Positions 19,531 through 29,206 of a stretch of DNA of 64,000 nt are shown here, one piece after another. Made by a program: the position numbers and the translations under genes. The notes beneath the pieces were generated by a model. It was not told where the DNA came from and did no database searches. It worked only from the letters and a program-made list of their open reading frames with translations. This DNA is from an uncultured Acidilobus sp. JCHS (GTDB taxonomy: Archaea > Thermoproteota > Thermoprotei_A > Sulfolobales > Acidilobaceae). The number at the start of each line of letters is the position of its first letter. Within the stretch, counting starts at the first letter, position 1. Where the stretch lies: positions 292,377-356,376 of the forward strand of contig AYMD01000001.1 in the NCBI GenBank assembly GCA_000495735.1. The letters run 5' to 3'.

Positions 19531-21198
19531 TCAGTGCAGCGTTAGGGCTGTGAGCAGGCCTATTAGGATCACCACAACGGTCCCGGCTATCGCAAAGTCC
19601 CTGGGCTCGTAGCCGCCCGCCGAGTAGACTATCAGGTTGGCCGGGTGGGAGAAGGGCGTGAGGAATGTTGAGGAGGCCCCCATGGCCACAGCGAGGACCG
19701 ATGTAATCGGGTGAGGGGAGCTTACAGCCAGCGGGCCCAGGAGGGCGGCCGAGGCCACGTTGCCCACTAGGTTAGCCAGTACGAGGGAGGTCAGGAAGAG
19801 CAGGAAGGGACTTGAGGACAGGGGGGTCAGGTAGGAGGAGAGGCCTGAGAGGACGAGGGCCTGCCCGACGGCCACGTAGGTGCCCACGAAGACTATCGTC
19901 GGCCACTCTATGTAAGTGTAGGCCCTCCTGAGGGCCGCCGGCGCCAAGGCGACAGCCACAGCGGCGCCGGCGAGGAAGCTGAGGGCCATGTTGAGGCCCG
20001 CCAGCGAGGCCCCCACGGCCAGGCCCAGGCCGCCGACCGCGGCCACAGCGAGCCTCGGGTTGAGGCCCTTAATGGGCCCGCCCCTGACAGGCATCAGGCC
20101 GTAGGCCGAGGCTGCCCTGGCCACCTTCTCCTCTTCTCCCTCTACGAGGAGCGCGTCGCCTGGGGCCAGCGGGTACGAGCTAAGTCTCCTCACGCTCCTA
20201 GTAGTTGAGACCCCTACGACCCTGACCTCGCCTAGCTTCATGTTGACCTCATTTACTGTGTTGTTGACAAGTGGGGAGCCCGAGGGGACCAGCAGCTCGT
20301 AGAGCGGCTTGCCGGTCAGTGGGGTCCTGAGGCCCTTCTCGCTGAGTAGCATGGGCACCTTGTCCTTAGGGACCTGAAGGAGCAGCGTCATCCCTTCTCC
20401 GAGGACGCTTGACCCTCCCCTCAAGATTATGGCGCGGCCCGTCCTCCTGACCCTCCTCACCCTCACGCCGAGCTTTTTCCTCAGCTCCTTGACGGTCATG
20501 CCCACGAGGGGGCTCCCGCTCGGGACCTCGGCCTCAATCAGGTAGGAGCGAGGCCCCAGCTCCTCAAGCTTTGGCTGGGCCCCCCTACTTGACTTCGCAA
20601 GCAGGGGCACCGCCAGGGCGGCGACCAGGGCGCCCAGGAGGGCCTCCTCGAGGCCGAGAGCCGTGGGCGCAAATATGTCAAGGGTTCTGCCGAACCTCTG
20701 GATCCAGAGGGACTCCAGGACGACGTTTGAGGAGGTGCCTATCATCGTGTACCTGCCCCCCAGTATGGCCGCGTAGGAGAGGGCCAGGAGGTACCTGGAG
20801 GCCGGCTTCCTGAACCTCGAGGCCAGGGAGTAGATGAGGGGCATGAACATCAACACGAGCGCCACGTCGCTGACGAAGCCCGAGAGGAGGGCTGTAAGCA
20901 GCATGACTACCAGGGCCGAGGCGTACTCGTTCCCTATGGCCATGGCCAGCCTGTCCCCTACTAAGTCGAGGAAGCCCGACTCGGACAGCACGCCAGCCAG
21001 TATCATAGCGCTTGCCAGAACTATGACTGCCGTCGAGGAGAGGTCCTGAAGGAGCGCGAGCGGGGTCACGACGCCTGTCGCGACGAGCACTAGGGCGGAC
21101 AGCACGCCGACAAGGTCATGCCTCAGCCTTCTGCTCATGAGGAGCCACAGGGAGACCGCTAGCACGGCCAGGGACACGGCAGGCTTGAGGGGCGTCAA
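19531..21198 (-). CDS. SLC13/DASS family permease with TrkA-C domains
   Basis: SGFVSDVA, GGRYTMIGTSSNV, central soluble duplicated VPSGSPLVG repeats (TrkA-C), FLTPFSHPANLIVYSAGGY. Confidence 0.9.
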   Translation of the reverse strand: MTPLKPAVSLAVLAVSLWLLMSRRLRHDLVGVLSALVLVATGVVTPLALLQDLSSTAVIVLASAMILAGVLSESGFLDLVGDRLAMAIGNEYASALVVMLLTALLSGFVSDVALVLMFMPLIYSLASRFRKPASRYLLALSYAAILGGRYTMIGTSSNVVLESLWIQRFGRTLDIFAPTALGLEEALLGALVAALAVPLLAKSSRGAQPKLEELGPRSYLIEAEVPSGSPLVGMTVKELRKKLGVRVRRVRRTGRAIILRGGSSVLGEGMTLLLQVPKDKVPMLLSEKGLRTPLTGKPLYELLVPSGSPLVNNTVNEVNMKLGEVRVVGVSTTRSVRRLSSYPLAPGDALLVEGEEEKVARAASAYGLMPVRGGPIKGLNPRLAVAAVGGLGLAVGASLAGLNMALSFLAGAAVAVALAPAALRRAYTYIEWPTIVFVGTYVAVGQALVLSGLSSYLTPLSSSPFLLFLTSLVLANLVGNVASAALLGPLAVSSPHPITSVLAVAMGASSTFLTPFSHPANLIVYSAGGYEPRDFAIAGTVVVILIGLLTALTLH

Positions 21199-21246
21199 GC
21201 TCTCAGCCTAGCCGTTAGGCGAGCCCCTTTAAGGGACTTCACCGCG

Positions 21247-21744
21247 TCATGGAAGCCTGAAGGAGGCCGTGGCGTTTTCGTTAGCGGAGTCGCTGACCGT
21301 GAGGACCATAACGTCGCCCGCCACGTAGCGGACCCCGCAGTTGATGTCTATTATTGCGTTTGAGTAGTGCCTTATGGGCACGCTGAGGCGCTGGGAGCAG
21401 GCCACGGTCCCGTTAGGCCAGGTCACCTGGGCGTAGGTTATGTTGACCTCGCCAGGCCCGTCGTAAAAGAGTATGGCTGAGACCTTGAGCTCACCGTTCA
21501 CGTCCTCAGGGCTCACAGAAACTATTGAGAGGTTGCTGCCGACCGGGGTATAGCTGGTCGTGGTCGAAGACGTAGTAGTTGTCGTCGTCCTTGGCGCTGG
21601 GGTAGTCGACGTAGGACGGGTCAACGTAGTGGTCGTCCTCTGGCGGCCGCTGGGGGCCTGGGAGGCATAGTAGGCCAGGGCTGAGAACGTGGCTATCAGG
21701 AATACAGTTATGAGCAGCACCGCGAGGGCCCTAGAGGCTGCCAA
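21247..21744 (-). CDS. Secreted or membrane-anchored hypothetical protein with Thr-rich linker
   Basis: N-terminal hydrophobic helix, poly-Thr/Ser linker, C-terminal beta-rich domain. Confidence 0.7.
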   Translation of the reverse strand: MAASRALAVLLITVFLIATFSALAYYASQAPSGRQRTTTTLTRPTSTTPAPRTTTTTTSSTTTSYTPVGSNLSIVSVSPEDVNGELKVSAILFYDGPGEVNITYAQVTWPNGTVACSQRLSVPIRHYSNAIIDINCGVRYVAGDVMVLTVSDSANENATASFRLP

Positions 21745-21773
21745 GGCTCCCGTGGACTCCCTGACCCCGCGGC

Positions 21774-23039
21774 TTAAGAAGAGACCCTCAGCCCCTGAAC
21801 TAGCAGCGGAGCGCTGACCACCCTTCCGTACCTCCTCCTCTCGCCTGCGGCCCCCGCTACCCCCCTGAGCAGGGACCTCAGGTCGCCCGAGAGGACGAAC
21901 TCCCTCAGGCCGCCCTTGCCGTCCCAGGCCACGGAGGCCGTCACCGAGAACTCGCCTGTGTCGAAGTTGCTCGTGTGAACCCCTTCAACCTGGTCAACTA
22001 CTACTGCGTCGCCTACGTCGCTGAGCGGGGGCGCCTCTACCACCATGTATGTGGCTGAGATCGCCGGGAGGGTCATGTATGTCCTCCAGGACGAGTGGGT
22101 GTTCTCAGCCCCTGCCCTGGCTGACCAGTACGTGTTTGAGAGGGCGGTCCTGAAGACGCCAGAGGCCATGACGTTAACGGCCCTAGTGGGGAGGCCCTCG
22201 CCGTCAAAGGCCCTTGACCAGGTGCCTCCGGGCAGCCTGGGGTCATCGGTGACGCTCACCTTAGACCCCAGGTCCTCCCCTGGCCTCAGGGGGCTCTTGC
22301 CCCTGTGCACGTTCTCAAGGCTGACGGCGTGGTTGAGGAGGGGGAAGAGGAGCTCGTTGACGGCCTTCGGCGTCAGCAGGACAGGCCTGCCACGTAAGTC
22401 CTCCCTCCTCCTTGATGAGGTCATGGAGACCTTCTCGTGGAGCTCCTTGACGAGCGCCTCAGCGCTTATCCCCTTCACAGTCCTTGAGTCAACGAACTCG
22501 TAGACCTCAGGACCTACGTAGCCCTCGCTGAGGTAGTTGGCCGATGCTGCCAGGCCCACGAAGGATGTCTGCTGTTGCACGTCAACGCCCTCAGTGCTGA
22601 CGACCCTGACCCTGGAGGTCCCTCCCCAGCCTCTTGTCATTATTATGTTGAGGTTGCCTGGCCTGGAGGAGAGGACCTCGTTCACGAGGCCCCTGACGAC
22701 CTCGTAGGGCTCCTCAAGGGCTGGGTCGTAGGCCCCTTCAAGGGGCGTCACTGGCTCAGGGGATGGCAGCGCGTTATGGGGGTCAGGCCTACCCGCCCTC
22801 GCTGACCTTACTGCCATCTCGAGGAGGTCCTCTGTCAGGGAGTTACCGTAGGCGAACCCGAGCCTCCTCTGGTCGTCTATGACCCGAACTCCATACCCTA
22901 CCTCCCTGTACGTGAGCCCGTAGTAGCTCATCTTCTCCCAGGACAGCTCATAGGTGTTCACGTCAACCACCATGACCTCCGCCTGGAAGCCAAGCGACCT
23001 GGCCCTGGAGATGAGGCCTTCCAGGCTGAGCTCGGCCAT
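21774..23039 (-). CDS. pmbA: PmbA/TldE family protein
   Basis: SRAFDGEGLP and TGEFSV motifs, no HExxxH; ATG 23039 preceded by a GGGGTGA SD. Confidence 0.85.
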   Translation of the reverse strand: MAELSLEGLISRARSLGFQAEVMVVDVNTYELSWEKMSYYGLTYREVGYGVRVIDDQRRLGFAYGNSLTEDLLEMAVRSARAGRPDPHNALPSPEPVTPLEGAYDPALEEPYEVVRGLVNEVLSSRPGNLNIIMTRGWGGTSRVRVVSTEGVDVQQQTSFVGLAASANYLSEGYVGPEVYEFVDSRTVKGISAEALVKELHEKVSMTSSRRREDLRGRPVLLTPKAVNELLFPLLNHAVSLENVHRGKSPLRPGEDLGSKVSVTDDPRLPGGTWSRAFDGEGLPTRAVNVMASGVFRTALSNTYWSARAGAENTHSSWRTYMTLPAISATYMVVEAPPLSDVGDAVVVDQVEGVHTSNFDTGEFSVTASVAWDGKGGLREFVLSGDLRSLLRGVAGAAGERRRYGRVVSAPLLVQGLRVSS

Positions 23040-23044
23040 CCCCG

Positions 23045-24382
23045 TCACCCCACCTTCAGCCTGGAGACCCTCACGTAAGGCCCCCCTGTGCCGACGAAAA
23101 CGCTCTGCCCTGACTTGCCGCAAACCCCGGGCCTCACGTCGAAGTCCCTCGAGACGGCGTCTATGTTTGAGATGGTCTCTATGGTGTAGCCGGCTATGCC
23201 AGCCCCCCTTATGGGCTCCTTGACCTCGCCGTTTACAACGTGGTAGCCCTCCTGGACCCCAAACTGGAACGTCCCGTCGGGGCTCGTCTGGCCGCCCATG
23301 ACCGAGAGCATGAGGTAGCCCTCCTTCACGTCCCTGAGCAGCTCGTCAAGCCTTAGGCTACCAGACTTGAAGTAGGTGTTCCTCATCCTTATTATGACGC
23401 TGCTCCTGAAGTCCTCAGCTCTCCCGTTCCCGGTCGGCTGCTCGCCGAGGGAGGCCGCGTAGGTCCTGTCATTCATGAACTCCTTGACCACGCCCCCCTC
23501 TATTATCTTGACCTCCCTCCCCTCAACGCCCTCATCGTCATACGGCGTGAGGCCTATAGCCATGGGGTGGTCAAGGGAGGGCGAGTCGGAGACATTGACG
23601 AACTCCCTCGCTATCCTCTTCCCCCTCAGCCTGCCCAGTATGCCCTCTGTCGCCAGGTCGGCCTCGGCCAGGTGCCCGAGGGCCTCGTGGGCGAACACGC
23701 CTGAGACCTCAGGGCCCAGGACCACCGTGTACTCGCCGGGCCTCACCGTCACACCCCTCAGCTGGCCCCTCAGCCTCTTGAGCACGGTCTCGGCCAGCTC
23801 GTTGACGTCAAAGGCCTCGAAGGCGTAGCCCGTGTAGGTCGAGACCGACGAGTAGGCGCTGGCCACTACGTCCCCTTCCCTCGCGGTGGCCGTTATGGAG
23901 AGCCTGGAGATAGTGTAGCTCATCTCCAGGTCCCTGCCGTCCGTGCTCCAGTAGCCCTTGCTGAGCTCCACCTGAGAGTATGAGACCGTGACCGCCCTGA
24001 CCCTCTGGTCCGCCTTAAGGACCTGGTCCCTGAGCCTCCTGGCGTCCTCCATGACCTCGTCAGGGGACTTTGTCAGGGGGTGCTTGACAGGCACCGTGAC
24101 CCTGTCGACCTTAGGCTTAAGCAGGGCCACCCTCACGCCTCCCTGGCCAGGAGAGCTCCTTACGGCGTCGTGGGCGTCTGAGGCCCTCAGCTCCCTGTTG
24201 GCTGTAAGGTAGCCCCAGGCCCCCCTGACGAGGACCCTTAGGGCGTAGCCCTCTGAGACGCCGTAGTTGTTCACGACCTCCCTTGACTCGCTGGCAGTCA
24301 CGGCAAGCGTCCTGGCCCTATAATACCTCAGGTCGGCGAACTCTGCGCCCAGCCTCTCGGCCTCCACGAGGACCTCCTGCAA
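23045..24382 (-). CDS. tldD: TldD family metalloprotease
   Basis: FAHEALGHLAEAD, YDDEGV, GNGRA, IRMRNTY, C-terminal CGKSGQ. Confidence 0.9.
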   Translation of the reverse strand: MQEVLVEAERLGAEFADLRYYRARTLAVTASESREVVNNYGVSEGYALRVLVRGAWGYLTANRELRASDAHDAVRSSPGQGGVRVALLKPKVDRVTVPVKHPLTKSPDEVMEDARRLRDQVLKADQRVRAVTVSYSQVELSKGYWSTDGRDLEMSYTISRLSITATAREGDVVASAYSSVSTYTGYAFEAFDVNELAETVLKRLRGQLRGVTVRPGEYTVVLGPEVSGVFAHEALGHLAEADLATEGILGRLRGKRIAREFVNVSDSPSLDHPMAIGLTPYDDEGVEGREVKIIEGGVVKEFMNDRTYAASLGEQPTGNGRAEDFRSSVIIRMRNTYFKSGSLRLDELLRDVKEGYLMLSVMGGQTSPDGTFQFGVQEGYHVVNGEVKEPIRGAGIAGYTIETISNIDAVSRDFDVRPGVCGKSGQSVFVGTGGPYVRVSRLKVG

Positions 24383-24453
24383 GGGGGACCCCTGGTCTGG
24401 CTAGGGCACTAGCATTAATACCAAGTAGTCCGTTACACCCAGGGGAGCCTGAC

Positions 24454-24879
24454 GTGGCCAGGTACACGGTCAGCCTGGGCAAGGTGTCTTTCATTGTTGA
24501 CGACTCCCTGCTCTACACGGAGACCGACGAGTGGGTGAGGGTAGAGGGCAGCAGGGTCAGGGTAGGCATAACTGACTACGCCCAGAAGCAGCTGAAGGAC
24601 GTAGTTGGCGTGGACCTCCCTAAGGTGGGGCAGGAGGTCAACGAGGGCATGGACCTGGCAGTGCTAGAGTCCGTGAAGGCCACGGCCGAGATCTACTCGC
24701 CTGTGACGGGCAAGGTGGTAGAGGTCAACGAGAGGCTCCTGGACGAGCCCGAGCTGATAAACAAGGAGCCCTACGAAGGCGGCTGGATAGCTGTAATAGA
24801 GCCCGCCGGCCCCCTTGACAAGTCTAAGCTCCTTGACCACAGGGCCTACGTTGAGAGCGTCAAGAAGAGGTTGTCCTAG
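24454..24879 (+). CDS. gcvH: Glycine cleavage H / lipoyl-carrier protein
   Basis: YTETDEW, VGITDYAQ, LESVKAT (lipoyl Lys), SPVTG, EPYEGGW; likely start GTG 24454. Confidence 0.9.
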   Translation: MARYTVSLGKVSFIVDDSLLYTETDEWVRVEGSRVRVGITDYAQKQLKDVVGVDLPKVGQEVNEGMDLAVLESVKATAEIYSPVTGKVVEVNERLLDEPELINKEPYEGGWIAVIEPAGPLDKSKLLDHRAYVESVKKRLS

Positions 24880-24958
24880 CCTTAAGCTGCGTTCATACAG
24901 CTTCTCCTAACTCTATTTATAGTCTCAGGAGAAAGGGGCCAGCGAGGGCGCAAGCCCC

Positions 24959-26710
24959 TTGCCGGTTGAGACCATATATCATGACGTAGTTGTCGTGGGC
25001 TCCGGCATAGCGGGTCTCAGGGCCGCCGTCGAGCTGAAGAGAAGGTACGGCGACAAGCTTAACGTGGGTATTATAAGCAAGGTCCAACTGATGAGGAGCC
25101 ACAGCGTGGCCGCCGAGGGCGGCACGGCGGCGGCCCTCTACCCTCAGGAGGGCGACAGCTTCACCCTGCACGCCTGGGACACGATAAAGGGGTCTGACTT
25201 CCTTGCTGACCAGGACGTGGTCTGGAACTTCGTTAAGCTCATGCCTGAGGAGATACTGCTGCTGGACCACTGGGGCATGCCGTGGAGCCGCAGGCCTGAC
25301 GGAAGGATAATGCAGAGGCCCTTCGGGGGCCACACCTTCCCAAGGACTACTATGGCTGCCGACAGGCTCGGGCACGCAGCTATGAGGACCCTTTACAACA
25401 AGCTGCTCCAGTACGACGGCTGGGAGAGGTATGACGAGTGGTTCGTCACGGACTTCATAATTGAGAACAACACCTACAAGGGCCTCTTCGCCATAAACCT
25501 CAAGGACGGCAAGCTGTACATGTTCAGGAGCAAGGCAGCCATAATAGCAATGGGAGGCCTGGGCAGGCTCTACCCGTTCACGACCTACGCCCACACGGTG
25601 ACAGGAGACGGGATGGCGGCGGCCTACAGGGCCGGCCTTGCGATAAAGGACCCAGAGATGGTCCAGTTCCACCCAACCGGCCTGGTGCCCAACGGCATCC
25701 TGATAACCGAGGGCGCCAGGGGGGAGGGCGCCATACTTAAGAACAAGAACGGGGAGAGGTTCATGGCGAGGTACGCGCCGAAGTTCCTCGACCTGGCCCC
25801 AAGGGATGTGGTCTCCAGGGCGATATACACGGAGTACCTGCAGGGCAGGGCGTTCATAGATGAGGCCTCAGGCATGCCATACGTCCAGCTTGACATGACT
25901 CACCTGGGCGAGGAGAAGATCAACGAGAAGCTGCCGAACATTAGGGAGATAGGGATAAGGTACGTCGGCATAGACCCCGTCGAGGAGCCTCTGCCCGTGT
26001 TCCCGGCAGCGCACTACCACATGGGGGGCATAGCAACGGACATATACTATCGCGTTATGACGCCAGACGGCAAGTGGGTCAAGGGGCTCTTCGCCGCAGG
26101 CGAGGCGGCCGCGGCCTCGGTGCACGGGGCCAACAGGCTCGGGGGAAACGCCACGGCGGAGTGCCTCGTGAGCGGAAGGATAACTGGGATGTTGGCCGGC
26201 GAGTATGCCCTCAAGGTAGGCGAGCCCTCAAGCCCGGAGCCTGGCGTGGCCAAGAAGGAGGAGGACTTCGTCTGGGGGCTCCTGAAGAGGGAGAGCGGCA
26301 CCCCCTCGTACCAGGTGAAGAAGCGGATGCACGACATAATGATGAAGGACTTCTACGTCTTCAGGGACGGCACCAACATGAGCGAGGGCCTCTCAGAGCT
26401 CCTCAAGCTCAGGGACTCCTTCCTGACGTCGGTTTACATCGAGGACAAGGACACCATTTACAACACGGACCTGGTGGCCGCCCTGGAGACGTACAACATG
26501 CTCCAGGACGCCGTGATCGTCGCGGCGGCAGCCCTCAACAGGACCGAGAGCAGGGGCGCCCACTACAGGACCGACTACCCCAAGAGGGACGACGTGAACT
26601 GGCTCAAGCACACAATTGCGGTAAAGGACGTAAGTACGAACCTCGGCGTCTCATTTACATACCAGCCCGTGACGCTCACTACCTGGAAGCCTGTGGAGAG
26701 GAAGTACTGA
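24959..26710 (+). CDS. sdhA: Succinate dehydrogenase/fumarate reductase flavoprotein
   Basis: GSGIAG, RSHSVAAEGG (covalent FAD His), QFHPT, ITEGARGEG, HYHMGG, HGANRLGGN, ESRGAH. Confidence 0.95.
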   Translation: MPVETIYHDVVVVGSGIAGLRAAVELKRRYGDKLNVGIISKVQLMRSHSVAAEGGTAAALYPQEGDSFTLHAWDTIKGSDFLADQDVVWNFVKLMPEEILLLDHWGMPWSRRPDGRIMQRPFGGHTFPRTTMAADRLGHAAMRTLYNKLLQYDGWERYDEWFVTDFIIENNTYKGLFAINLKDGKLYMFRSKAAIIAMGGLGRLYPFTTYAHTVTGDGMAAAYRAGLAIKDPEMVQFHPTGLVPNGILITEGARGEGAILKNKNGERFMARYAPKFLDLAPRDVVSRAIYTEYLQGRAFIDEASGMPYVQLDMTHLGEEKINEKLPNIREIGIRYVGIDPVEEPLPVFPAAHYHMGGIATDIYYRVMTPDGKWVKGLFAAGEAAAASVHGANRLGGNATAECLVSGRITGMLAGEYALKVGEPSSPEPGVAKKEEDFVWGLLKRESGTPSYQVKKRMHDIMMKDFYVFRDGTNMSEGLSELLKLRDSFLTSVYIEDKDTIYNTDLVAALETYNMLQDAVIVAAAALNRTESRGAHYRTDYPKRDDVNWLKHTIAVKDVSTNLGVSFTYQPVTLTTWKPVERKY

Positions 26711-26711
26711 G

Positions 26712-27218
26712 GTGATGACCTTGGCAGAGGGCAGGAGGGACCCGGAGGAGCTACCTAACAGGCCTGGCTTCTGGAGGTCGAGCTTGAACCCGTGGACGGT
26801 CAGGACCAGGGACAACCCCGAGAGGGTCGCCTTCGTGCTCCACAGGGTGACGGGCTTCATAATACTGGCCTTCCTGCTGGCCCACATAATTGAGACCGAC
26901 TCGCCCGTCTGGTCCCTGTACTTCCCATATGGCGGGCTCTCGGGCTGGGCGCTGTGGAACCACATAATGGCGATAGAGTCGGGCCTGGCGTTCAGGATAG
27001 GCGAGTTCATAGTGGCCGGCGCCGTGCTCTTCCACGCCCCTAACGGGGTCAGGTTGCTCCTGACCGAGTTCTTCGGGGTAGGGGTTGGGAGGCCCGGCGA
27101 CCCGAGGCCGCCTTATGTGCCTGGCACGTTCAGGGCGGCCCAGCGCCAGTGGCTTTACGCAGTTTTTGTCGTCTGGATAGTACTGTGGCTCATAGCTGGG
27201 GTGATAATATTCTCGTGA
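26712..27218 (+). CDS. sdhC: SDH/FRD cytochrome b membrane anchor
   Basis: LHRVTG and FHAPNGVR heme-type motifs, 3 TM; true start may be TTG 26721 given SD spacing. Confidence 0.85.
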   Translation: MMTLAEGRRDPEELPNRPGFWRSSLNPWTVRTRDNPERVAFVLHRVTGFIILAFLLAHIIETDSPVWSLYFPYGGLSGWALWNHIMAIESGLAFRIGEFIVAGAVLFHAPNGVRLLLTEFFGVGVGRPGDPRPPYVPGTFRAAQRQWLYAVFVVWIVLWLIAGVIIFS

Positions 27219-27229
27219 GGTGATGGGGG

Positions 27230-27586
27230 ATGGCTGGTAGGGCCTCAAGTATTCAGCTCTGGCAGTACATAACTGCTATACTCATGATCGGGCTGCTCAG
27301 CTTCCACCTGCTCCAGAGGGTCCCATGGATATGGGGCGCGCCCACCATAGACCAGACGCTCACGTCCTCCTGGGTCTACCATGACTACGTCTCCTACGGC
27401 TGGGCCCTGCTCCTGCTGGCCTACGTGGCCCTGTTCCACGGCCTCAACGGGGTAAGGGGGATGCTGCTTGAGCTTCACCAGGGAAAGCTCTACGAGACGA
27501 CCATCAACGTGCTGTTCTGGATAGTCTTCTTAGTGTTCGCCGCCATAGCCACCGTCACGGTGGTCAAGCTTCCGCCTCTCCCATGA
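27230..27586 (+). CDS. sdhD: SDH/FRD hydrophobic anchor subunit
   Basis: WQYITA, ALFHGLNGVR, 3 TM. Confidence 0.8.
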   Translation: MAGRASSIQLWQYITAILMIGLLSFHLLQRVPWIWGAPTIDQTLTSSWVYHDYVSYGWALLLLAYVALFHGLNGVRGMLLELHQGKLYETTINVLFWIVFLVFAAIATVTVVKLPPLP

Positions 27587-27597
27587 GGTGATAGCAC

Positions 27598-28506
27598 ATG
27601 GCGATGGACATAGAGGCCGCGAGGAGGGTTCCACCCCAACAGGTCATCGTGAGGGTAAGGAGGTACGACCCTGAGGCCAAGAGGATGTGGTGGCAGGAGT
27701 ACAAGATAGAAGCCCATAGGGGCATGACTGTTCTCGACGCGCTGCTCAAGATAAAGGAGGAGCAGGACCACACGCTGGTGCTGAGGTACAGCTGCAGGCA
27801 GGGCATATGCGGCAGCTGCGGGGTAGTGGTCAACGGAACCCCGAGGCTTGCGTGCCAGACGCAGCTGACAGAGGTGGTCAGCGAGGCCAACCCAGTTATG
27901 ACGGTTGAGCCGCTTTACAACTTCCCAGTGATAAGGGACCTGATGACTGACTTCATGGACTTCTTCAACAAGCACAGGAGCGTCAAGCCGTACCTCATAA
28001 GGAAGGACAAGGAGGAGCAGGAGAGCCCCAAGGGACAGTACGACATGAGCCCAGACGAGTACTTCCAGATGTACCAGTACACTAACTGCATCTATTGCGG
28101 CCTCTGCTACGCTGCCTGCCCAGTTGTAGCGGCTGACCCCCAGTTCCTTGGGCCTCAGGCGCTGATGTACGCGTTCAGGTTCATAAATGACGTAAGGGAC
28201 GAGGGCTGGGCCGAGAGGTTCCTCATAGTTGACACCGAGCACGGCTGCCACAGGTGCCACTTCGCTGCTTCATGCAGCGCTGTCTGCCCTAAGGCTGTTG
28301 ACCCTGCTGGCGCCATACAGATGCTGAGGAGCAAGCTGTTCAAGTACAGGATGGGCCTCTACAAGAGAAGGGTCAGCAAGATCATAGGGCCGCCGCCGGA
28401 GAAGGGCGAGAGGATACCGCTGCCGCCCGAGGCCGAGACGTTGCCTGGCGTGGACCTGAAGAAGGTAGAGCAGGAGCCTGTCGTTATAAAGTTGCCAGAG
28501 GAGTGA
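27598..28506 (+). CDS. sdhB: SDH/FRD iron-sulfur subunit
   Basis: SCRQGICGSC, LAC, CIYCGLCYAACP, CHFAASCSAVCP. Confidence 0.95.
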   Translation: MAMDIEAARRVPPQQVIVRVRRYDPEAKRMWWQEYKIEAHRGMTVLDALLKIKEEQDHTLVLRYSCRQGICGSCGVVVNGTPRLACQTQLTEVVSEANPVMTVEPLYNFPVIRDLMTDFMDFFNKHRSVKPYLIRKDKEEQESPKGQYDMSPDEYFQMYQYTNCIYCGLCYAACPVVAADPQFLGPQALMYAFRFINDVRDEGWAERFLIVDTEHGCHRCHFAASCSAVCPKAVDPAGAIQMLRSKLFKYRMGLYKRRVSKIIGPPPEKGERIPLPPEAETLPGVDLKKVEQEPVVIKLPEE

Positions 28507-28514
28507 CAAAAACT

Positions 28515-28685
28515 TCAGGAGTATATTTTTATGTACTTCCCCACGTAGGGCCTGTCCTTGTCAGAGTTTATGTACTGCCTCAGGGCCCTCCTTATCACCT
28601 CTGACTTGGGTATGTTCCTCCTCCTGGCGTACTCCTCTAAGAGCTCGAGCAGGTCATCCTCGACCTTGAAGCTCAGCACCCTCAT
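28515..28685 (-). CDS. Ribbon-helix-helix (CopG) transcription factor, aCcr1-like, 56 aa
   Basis: Manual translation MRVLSFKVEDDLLELLEEYARRRNIPKSEVIRRALRQYINSDKDRPYVGKYIKIYS; GGAGGTG SD upstream; below the ORF-track length cut-off. Confidence 0.85.
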   Translation of the reverse strand: MRVLSFKVEDDLLELLEEYARRRNIPKSEVIRRALRQYINSDKDRPYVGKYIKIYS

Positions 28686-28756
28686 CCTGGACACCTCCCG
28701 GGCCGTATTACTCTTGGAGTGTGCGAGAGCATTTATTGAAAGCGGAGACTAGGATA

Positions 28757-28781
28757 CAAGAGGAATCTGGCAAGAGGAATC
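28757..28781. repeat. 11-bp direct repeat CAAGAGGAATC x2 in a divergent promoter region
   Basis: Exact copies at 28757-67 and 28771-81 between two divergent RHH-type genes. Confidence 0.7.
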
Positions 28782-28843
28782 CATGTAGCATAAGAGTATA
28801 TTAGGCCTCTCTCTGTATTTCTCTTGTAACTGGGAGACAGGCC

Positions 28844-29206
28844 GTGCCTACTGTGCACCTCTCGCTGAGCGACGCCATGTATAAGCAGCTAAAGGAGAAG
28901 TCTGACGAGATAGGGATCCAGGTGACCGACCTGATAAAGCTCTACATAAAGATGGGCCTTCAGGGCGGCCTGGCCGCCAGGCAGAGCGACGAGGCGCTGC
29001 TGGTCAACGTCTCCAACAGGCTCGACAAGCTTGAGAGGGAGCTGAAGCTCAAGGTGACGATGATGGAGGGCAGGTACAGGCAGCTCGAGGAGACCCTTGA
29101 GTACGTGCTACAGCGCCTCGACGGCCTTGAGGACATGATATCAGAGGTTAAGGCCAAGAGGGCGCTCGGCGTGGTTGAGCAGGAGAGCGCGAGCCCTAAC
29201 ACCTAA
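28844..29206 (+). CDS. RHH-like N-terminus plus coiled-coil protein
   Basis: TVHLSLSDAMYKQLKEKSDEIGIQVTDLIKLYI followed by a heptad-rich region. Confidence 0.7.
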   Translation: MPTVHLSLSDAMYKQLKEKSDEIGIQVTDLIKLYIKMGLQGGLAARQSDEALLVNVSNRLDKLERELKLKVTMMEGRYRQLEETLEYVLQRLDGLEDMISEVKAKRALGVVEQESASPNT

